Assembly (NCBI GenBank): GCA_011364905.1
Contig: RDNZ01000013.1
Coordinates: forward strand, 1-62,335
DNA: 62,335 nucleotides
Source of the DNA: Candidatus Thorarchaeota archaeon
Lineage (GTDB): Archaea; Asgardarchaeota; Thorarchaeia; Thorarchaeales; Thorarchaeaceae
Reading direction: 5' to 3'
Shown: positions 56,532 to 62,335 of the stretch, one piece after another
Numbering within the stretch: position 1 is the first letter of the stretch
Layout of the letters: each line of letters starts with the position of its first letter
Notes under the pieces: generated by a model
What the model was told of the DNA's origin: nothing
The model's database searches: none
Seen by the model: the letters and a program-made list of their open reading frames with translations, nothing else
Translations under genes and position numbers: made by a program

Positions 56532-58721
56532 TTGACCCTAGAGAGTCTTTCAGATGTGCCTGGTATAGGCAACAAAGTCAAGGAAACACTGATCGAGCAC
56601 TTTGGTAGCGAAGCATTAGCCCTCAAGGTGATTCATGATTCACGAGTTGATCTAATAGCAGCTGTACCAGGAATCGGATCTAGACAGGCTGTCAACCTTG
56701 TCAAGGGTGCCTTTGAGAAGGAATTTGGCGCAAGCTCAAACATGCTCCTGCGCAGTCAGGACATTCGGAAAATCTACGAGTCCAGCCTTGATATTATACG
56801 AGGCTACGCAAACACCACCTATGCAAAGGACAAGCTATTCCTCTACTACCCATTACCCCCAGAAAAGATTAGTGTCATTCTTGAGAGACAAAAATACTTT
56901 GCAGACGCATTAGAGATGGCACGAGGACTCAGCAGTGACCAGCGTGAAAAGCTCAAGACACTTTTGAGCCAAGTGAGGGGTCTCTATCGTAGAGTCCAGC
57001 CGCGCAGACTAGAGGGTCGTGTGGTCATCACAAATGACGACAAGGTGTTTGACACACTGATTAAGGAAGGCGTAGACAGATGGTGTCCTGTCTATGTGCT
57101 TTCTGAGGGTGAAAGTGGAGCAGACTATGCCCAGGGCTATGACCTAGTCCTATACATATCCCCGCTAGGCATCTATGATGAATCCATCGACATGCTTGAC
57201 AATGTTGAGATATTGGGTAAGGACTGGTGTCTGGAAGATATTCTACCTGAAAAGACTGTGAGTTTCTATGCTCGTAATTACCGGGTGATTGATGCGGCCT
57301 GTCAGATTGTAGAGATATTCAATCAAATCCCCTCAAATGAATCTGTATCTACTTTTACTTCAGGCCTAGACTTTGACCAGCTCACCAAGGTGGGTGAGAT
57401 TCTAAAGAATTTGGATGAAAATGGGGACTTAGCTCAGCGGATTGATGCAGACCTTGACCGGTATCGCAATGCAGTAAAATCGTTCCCAACAGCATTAGCT
57501 GAAACTGAAGCTTGGCTGAATGAGGAGATTACTACCCGCATCTCGAAGAGTCAGGTTACCCTGGGCGGTCAACAAATCATCAGCATCCTCCAATCAGCTG
57601 ACATGGAGGGAGCTGATGGAAATGCCTTGCGGAGCATGCTACCTGCCGAGATTGTTGAAACCTTCACCACAACAATACAGGAAGCTGAGGACAAACTTGT
57701 CCAGATGCTTAGTCTTACTGTTCGAGAGGCTGATTGGGTCACGGGCATCATCAGTGAAGAGATCTCTCTACCCGTGAAGATGGAAACCATGCAGATCAAT
57801 AATCTTGAAGACAGACTAAGACGCATCTTTGCTGACAAGCAGTTCAGACTCATCAAGAAATTTGCGAACGACCTTGACCAATTAAAGGGAGTAGTGATGC
57901 AGGCCGTGCAGACTATTCTAGAGTTTGACCTGTTTTTGGCTGTTGGTCTGTTCTCAGTCGACTACTCGTTGCATACGCCTGACATCTCAGGGGAATATGC
58001 TGGGGTCGGTGTTCAGAGCGCTACAAACCTATTCCTCACAGAGAGCTATCTCAAGGGGAAACATAGTGTTGTCGAACCAATTGATTATGCCATCGGAAAG
58101 ACACCCTTCCAACCTGCGGGTACGAATGGAGAGAATTGTGCAATTCTATCCGGTGCAAATAGCGGCGGAAAGACCACTACGATTCAGACACTTGCTCAGA
58201 TCGTCACGTTGGCGCAATCTGGTTTTCCAGTCCCAGCAGAAAAGGCATTTCTCCCAGTCTTCGAGGAGCTATACTTTTTCTACAAGAGTAGAGGCATGGT
58301 GAGTGCCGGTGCCTTTGAAACAACTCTCAAGCAGTTTGCGGATATTGTTGTGTCCAGCAAGGCGAAGCTGGCGCTATTTGATGAGGTTGAGGCGATCACT
58401 GAACCTGGGAGCGCGGCAAATGTCATTGCGGGTCTCATAGAGATTCTTCAAAGCGACCCCAAAACATCTACGGTCATATGCAGTCACCTTGCCAGGGAGA
58501 TTAAAGATGTCACAGACGCGCCCATCAGGGTCGACGGAATAGAGGCTAAGGGACTGGACGAGAATCTTGACCTTATTGTCGATCGGACTCCCAAGTTTGG
58601 TGTCCTTGCCCGAAGTACACCTGAACTCATTGTCGAACGGCTATCCAAACTGGCCAAAAGTCCCAAGAAAGAGGTCTATGGTAAGATCTTAGATAACCTC
58701 AGTAAGGTACGAACCAGATGA
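56532..58721 (+). CDS. Archaeal MutS-like ATPase (MutS domain V with N-terminal HhH)
   Basis: VPGIG HhH motifs; GANSGGKTT Walker A; SAGAFE; FDEVE; SHL; probable TTG start at 56532. Confidence 0.85.
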   Translation: MTLESLSDVPGIGNKVKETLIEHFGSEALALKVIHDSRVDLIAAVPGIGSRQAVNLVKGAFEKEFGASSNMLLRSQDIRKIYESSLDIIRGYANTTYAKDKLFLYYPLPPEKISVILERQKYFADALEMARGLSSDQREKLKTLLSQVRGLYRRVQPRRLEGRVVITNDDKVFDTLIKEGVDRWCPVYVLSEGESGADYAQGYDLVLYISPLGIYDESIDMLDNVEILGKDWCLEDILPEKTVSFYARNYRVIDAACQIVEIFNQIPSNESVSTFTSGLDFDQLTKVGEILKNLDENGDLAQRIDADLDRYRNAVKSFPTALAETEAWLNEEITTRISKSQVTLGGQQIISILQSADMEGADGNALRSMLPAEIVETFTTTIQEAEDKLVQMLSLTVREADWVTGIISEEISLPVKMETMQINNLEDRLRRIFADKQFRLIKKFANDLDQLKGVVMQAVQTILEFDLFLAVGLFSVDYSLHTPDISGEYAGVGVQSATNLFLTESYLKGKHSVVEPIDYAIGKTPFQPAGTNGENCAILSGANSGGKTTTIQTLAQIVTLAQSGFPVPAEKAFLPVFEELYFFYKSRGMVSAGAFETTLKQFADIVVSSKAKLALFDEVEAITEPGSAANVIAGLIEILQSDPKTSTVICSHLAREIKDVTDAPIRVDGIEAKGLDENLDLIVDRTPKFGVLARSTPELIVERLSKLAKSPKKEVYGKILDNLSKVRTR

Positions 58722-59293
58722 GTCAACAAGTCTTAGTCTTTGGAGACACACACATTCCCTCTCGGAGAAACTCCATCCCAGAGGCATTCTTTAAACACAT
58801 AGAATCAACCACTTATGACCTAGCACTAGTGACTGGTGATCTTGTTCGAGAGTCAGAGATGCGGGCGGCGCTCCCGTCCCTACCACGGAGCTTTATTGTT
58901 GTTGGAAACATGGACTACGGCAGCCAGTACAATTTTCACGAACAGATACAACTTGATGAATTCAGTGTTCTTCTTCTTCATGGTACTCAGCTTCGACCCA
59001 GAGGGAATATCAAGCAGCTCTGCGAGATTGCAGAGAAGATTGGCGCAGACATAGCCATTCACGGGCACACACATGTAGCCTCTATCGAGCTCCACAAAGA
59101 CCGGTTGTTTCTTAATCCTGGAACCATCTCAGGAGCTACCGGCGGATGGGCAGGTCGGACTGATGCCAGTTTCATCGAGCTTGAGGTTGATAAGAATGAA
59201 CTTCAAGTCAAGCTTCATCAGACTGACTGGAAGGTCCTGAAAGAATCTGAAGTGAGTTTTCAAAAAGTGGGGGGTCGGGTCCTTCGACCCTAA
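58718..59293 (+). CDS. MJ0936/YfcE-family metallophosphoesterase, Vps29-like
   Basis: GDTHIP, GD, GNMD, HG, GHTH, NPG. Confidence 0.9.
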   Translation: MSQQVLVFGDTHIPSRRNSIPEAFFKHIESTTYDLALVTGDLVRESEMRAALPSLPRSFIVVGNMDYGSQYNFHEQIQLDEFSVLLLHGTQLRPRGNIKQLCEIAEKIGADIAIHGHTHVASIELHKDRLFLNPGTISGATGGWAGRTDASFIELEVDKNELQVKLHQTDWKVLKESEVSFQKVGGRVLRP

Positions 59294-59907
59294 TATTCCC
59301 CCCAGGGATCTGGACTCAAGAGCCTCATGTATATCCGCTTCAAGATATTAGAGCTCTCAAGTATTGCGGCCTTAGTCGTTTCTTGTCTATCAACTGTCTT
59401 GGATGTTCCCTTAGCAGACCCGATGATTCTTCCAGCCAGACCTTTCTTTGCCCCGCTTTTTCCAGAGAATTTCACACTTTCAGGAGCAGCTTTTCCAATC
59501 TCTTCCTGTGGGAAGATGTCCCGAGTGAATCTCAGCTCAGAGAAAAATGTTGAGAGAGTTTCCTTGATGGCAAGTTTTTCTGGGGACCCCTCTGGCATTC
59601 TAGAAACCAATTCCAGCGCTCTTTTTCTGAGATTACTGGAAAGAATTGCCTGTATCTCCTCCGCGAGTTCCCGATTCACTGCGCATGCAATTCCAATGTT
59701 AATCATCAGAATCCTAATCCGGTCGAGAAGGACTCCTATGCCACTGCCCACGACCGATTTTCCTCTCATGGATACCAACCAATCTTCATAGGTCTGATTC
59801 ACCGAAAGTAGGTCATCCTCGAACTCAATCAGTTTCCCAATCTCCTCTGGTGGAATCAGTGTACACCAGACTCTCATTGAGACATGGTCGTTTGTTTCAA
59901 CGGGCAT
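59290..59907 (-). CDS. Hypothetical helical protein
   Basis: 205 aa ORF filling the gap; no recognised motif. Confidence 0.65.
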   Translation of the reverse strand: MPVETNDHVSMRVWCTLIPPEEIGKLIEFEDDLLSVNQTYEDWLVSMRGKSVVGSGIGVLLDRIRILMINIGIACAVNRELAEEIQAILSSNLRKRALELVSRMPEGSPEKLAIKETLSTFFSELRFTRDIFPQEEIGKAAPESVKFSGKSGAKKGLAGRIIGSAKGTSKTVDRQETTKAAILESSNILKRIYMRLLSPDPWGEY

Positions 59908-60014
59908 GCATTAGAGAACAGATTTGCCCGTTTTTCAGTATTACGTGTCTAGGCATTTGCGCTGGTGGATTCCCTCTAATACCTAAAAGACCAACTAATG
60001 ATGGTTGTATAGTC

Positions 60015-60284
60015 ATGGTGAAGTATGAAGTCACAATAGAAGTAGTCGATATATTGGGAGAAGGAAACTGTTCAATGGACCAGAAAGTAGGAGACACCTA
60101 TAGATACCCTCAAGACAGAGGGAAGATGTGTCCAAGCTCTTTCTACATTCTGTTTCCATGGATAATGGTGATGGAGTCAGGTGGCAGGTTCTACGGTTCG
60201 GATGAGGACTTCATGACAACTGGCTGTCCGGACTATAGACATCAAGTCGTCTATAAAATCTCTCGAAGGGCTATTGAAGGATGA
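60015..60284 (+). CDS. TIGR04076-family protein
   Basis: GNC...KVGD...MCP...GCPD pattern. Confidence 0.75.
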   Translation: MVKYEVTIEVVDILGEGNCSMDQKVGDTYRYPQDRGKMCPSSFYILFPWIMVMESGGRFYGSDEDFMTTGCPDYRHQVVYKISRRAIEG

Positions 60285-60365
60285 TTCCGAAATGCGTTCG
60301 ATAGTTGGAGAGAACATCCCCTAAGCATCGAATTCAAAAGACCAACGTACCGAGTAGTAAACGCG

Positions 60366-61232
60366 ATGGAAGACCTTCGACCGCTTCGGTCATCTGACAA
60401 GGAAGATGTCCTTGAGATTGCAAAACTCACTTGGGAAGGACATGACTATTTACCTTACTTCTTTGATTCATGGGTCCAGGACAAAGAATCTCATCCTACT
60501 GCTATAGAGAAAAACGGGCATGTTGTTGCGCTTGCGAACCTTAGAGTGATAGACAACGGAAGAACGGGGTGGATGGAGGGACTTCGTGTTCATCCTGACT
60601 ATAGGGGACAGGGTTTCGCTTCCATTCTTACGCACCATGTTGTGAAGCTGGCTAGGGAGATTCCGGTAGAGCGTATCCGGTACACGACAGCCGTTGACAA
60701 CGAGACCTCTCTCCATCTGGGGGGATCTGTTGGAATGCAGAGGAAGTTTGATCTTGCAGTGCATTGGCAGGACAGAGTTGATGAGATCACATGGTCCACA
60801 CCAGGTCACTCAATTAAGGAGGCCTCTGTAGAGGACCTGTATCCACAACTTCTCGACTCTCGACTACTCCCTCTCAATGTAGTAGTCTACGACTGGAAAG
60901 CCCTGGATGTGACTCGTGACGCACTTGAAAAAATCGGGGCAGTGGCAAAGTTTTGGGTTCAGAAATTACAGGAGGACATTGTATCATTCTCACTCGGGTT
61001 TGCTCGTGAGGATAGTTCGGGTCCTCAGTGGAGTTTCACCATCTACGCAAGGGACGACTCATCATTCCTTGACCAGCTATCACATCATTTGAAGATGGCT
61101 TCCGATGCGGATTGCAAGACCATCTTCATGACGTATCAGACTGGGTTTGACAGGACATTTCACTCACTTGACTGGGTTGTGACAGTCGAAGACAACGAGC
61201 TTGTGCTCACTCTTATGGAAAAGACCTTCTGA
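60366..61232 (+). CDS. GNAT acetyltransferase
   Basis: W.GHDYLP, WMEGLRVHPDYRGQG. Confidence 0.88.
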   Translation: MEDLRPLRSSDKEDVLEIAKLTWEGHDYLPYFFDSWVQDKESHPTAIEKNGHVVALANLRVIDNGRTGWMEGLRVHPDYRGQGFASILTHHVVKLAREIPVERIRYTTAVDNETSLHLGGSVGMQRKFDLAVHWQDRVDEITWSTPGHSIKEASVEDLYPQLLDSRLLPLNVVVYDWKALDVTRDALEKIGAVAKFWVQKLQEDIVSFSLGFAREDSSGPQWSFTIYARDDSSFLDQLSHHLKMASDADCKTIFMTYQTGFDRTFHSLDWVVTVEDNELVLTLMEKTF

Positions 61233-61296
61233 AACAACTTGACTGAGAACTCCTTAAATCGTCATCACTCCAGCCAGGAATAATGAGGTTGAAAGG

Positions 61297-61668
61297 ATGG
61301 ATCCAGAATCTCGTTACTCGATCAGCACCACAATTGAGTTTGGACCTTTGAAACTCATTGATATTCCGAAACTGATTGAAGTAAGTAAGAAGGACTGGCA
61401 GAACTACTCACTCTGCGAAGTCAATGACTGCGTTCTCCGGCTTGGAGTCATTCACGGAGAGTTTCACTGGCATAAACACGACAACGAAGACGAGGTCTTC
61501 TATGTTGTTGATGGTCTGCTGCACATTGACATCGATGACAAGGTCCACACAGTCCAAACTGGACAAGCCTTTATGGTACCAAAAGGAGTCCTCCATCGAA
61601 CCAGAGCGCCCCAACGTACAGCGATCTTAATGGTTGAAGGCAAGACAGTGACTCCGACTGGTGATTAG
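61297..61668 (+). CDS. Cupin-domain protein
   Basis: GEFHWHKHDNEDEVF, VPKGVLHRTRA. Confidence 0.92.
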   Translation: MDPESRYSISTTIEFGPLKLIDIPKLIEVSKKDWQNYSLCEVNDCVLRLGVIHGEFHWHKHDNEDEVFYVVDGLLHIDIDDKVHTVQTGQAFMVPKGVLHRTRAPQRTAILMVEGKTVTPTGD

Positions 61669-61720
61669 GGACAGGCCACAATCAACATATGGAGTATCTT
61701 GACTCATTCACCTGAGGAAA

Positions 61721-62335
61721 ATGAGCGATTTCATGGTGGTTCTAGCTAGTGGTGCTGAGCATCTGAAACCGAAATTCTCTCAGCTTGGTTTCAAAGTCTT
61801 TACCTCTGAACCAAACTTTGATGAAAAGCGGTTCTTTCCTAATTCGGACATCTACGTGAAACTTGCCAACATCGAGGAATTCGCTGACCAGAGAGTTGTA
61901 GTCATTCAGAGCTGCACCGGGTCAACAACATCCACAGAGTACTTCACCACATCAGACCGTGTTCAAGAACTAATTCTCATATTGGATACCTTGAAACATC
62001 CTTGTAGAGTCGAAAAGATAGGACACAAGAAATACAAGACTCACTCCCTCAAACCGCCAAGGCAAATTGATGTTGTGCTTACTTTTCAGCCATTTGCGCT
62101 TCAGGACAAAGCGTTCGGCACTGGTGAGGCAGTTTCTAGTCGGTCCGCAATGAACTCCATAGCTGATCTCTGTGATAATCTATGGCTCGTTGAACCCATT
62201 GTACATGAAGCTCTTTCTTGGGTCAAAGAACTGGCAGCACGAGGAAAGTATCATGTGATCAAAGTCACTCAGGAGATGATTGAGTTTGCCGCGGCAAAAT
62301 TCGGGTTTGAAACATATGTCCTGACAGCGCCTGAT
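61721..62335 (+). CDS. Divergent ribose-phosphate pyrophosphokinase-like protein, 3' end runs off the window
   Basis: Manual translation: RFFPNSDIYVKL, VVVIQS, QELILILDTL, PFALQDKAF.TGEAVS, TAPD. Confidence 0.7.
   Translation, partial: MSDFMVVLASGAEHLKPKFSQLGFKVFTSEPNFDEKRFFPNSDIYVKLANIEEFADQRVVVIQSCTGSTTSTEYFTTSDRVQELILILDTLKHPCRVEKIGHKKYKTHSLKPPRQIDVVLTFQPFALQDKAFGTGEAVSSRSAMNSIADLCDNLWLVEPIVHEALSWVKELAARGKYHVIKVTQEMIEFAAAKFGFETYVLTAPD

Overview
Archaeal chromosomal segment. By inference it comes from an Asgard archaeon, probably Thorarchaeia-like: it has an OSTC/DC2-like subunit, a eukaryote-like STT3, Sec61beta and a Vps29-like protein. Both ends carry housekeeping genes. Left: topA, mptE-folP, gcvT-gcvH, aglB/STT3, nop10-aIF2a-S27e-L44e, Sec61beta, glyA. 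Right: trm5, pcm, ribK, translin, taw1, psmB, nog1, rtcA, nadM, proS, a MutS-like ATPase and a prs-like gene. The middle (about 17-37 kb) is accessory and centred on a tRNA-Lys(CUU) gene at 22566-22701 that is split by two non-canonical BHB introns. Main observations: (1) Downstream of the tRNA lie nine degenerate direct repeats of its 3' end. Nearly every interval holds one self-promoted gene, giving an integron-like cassette array with no integrase in the window. Several repeats match the spliced (intron-less) tRNA. (2) Upstream lie two decayed copies of the tRNA promoter/5' end, each followed by one gene. (3) One cassette carries a class I SAM-methyltransferase fused to an HgcA-type corrinoid protein, followed by an HgcB-like ferredoxin. 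(4) A linalool dehydratase/isomerase-like + ECF S-component + prenol kinase + isopentenyl-phosphate kinase cluster suggests an isoprenoid-alcohol scavenging pathway. All alignments were done by eye and no database searches were run.
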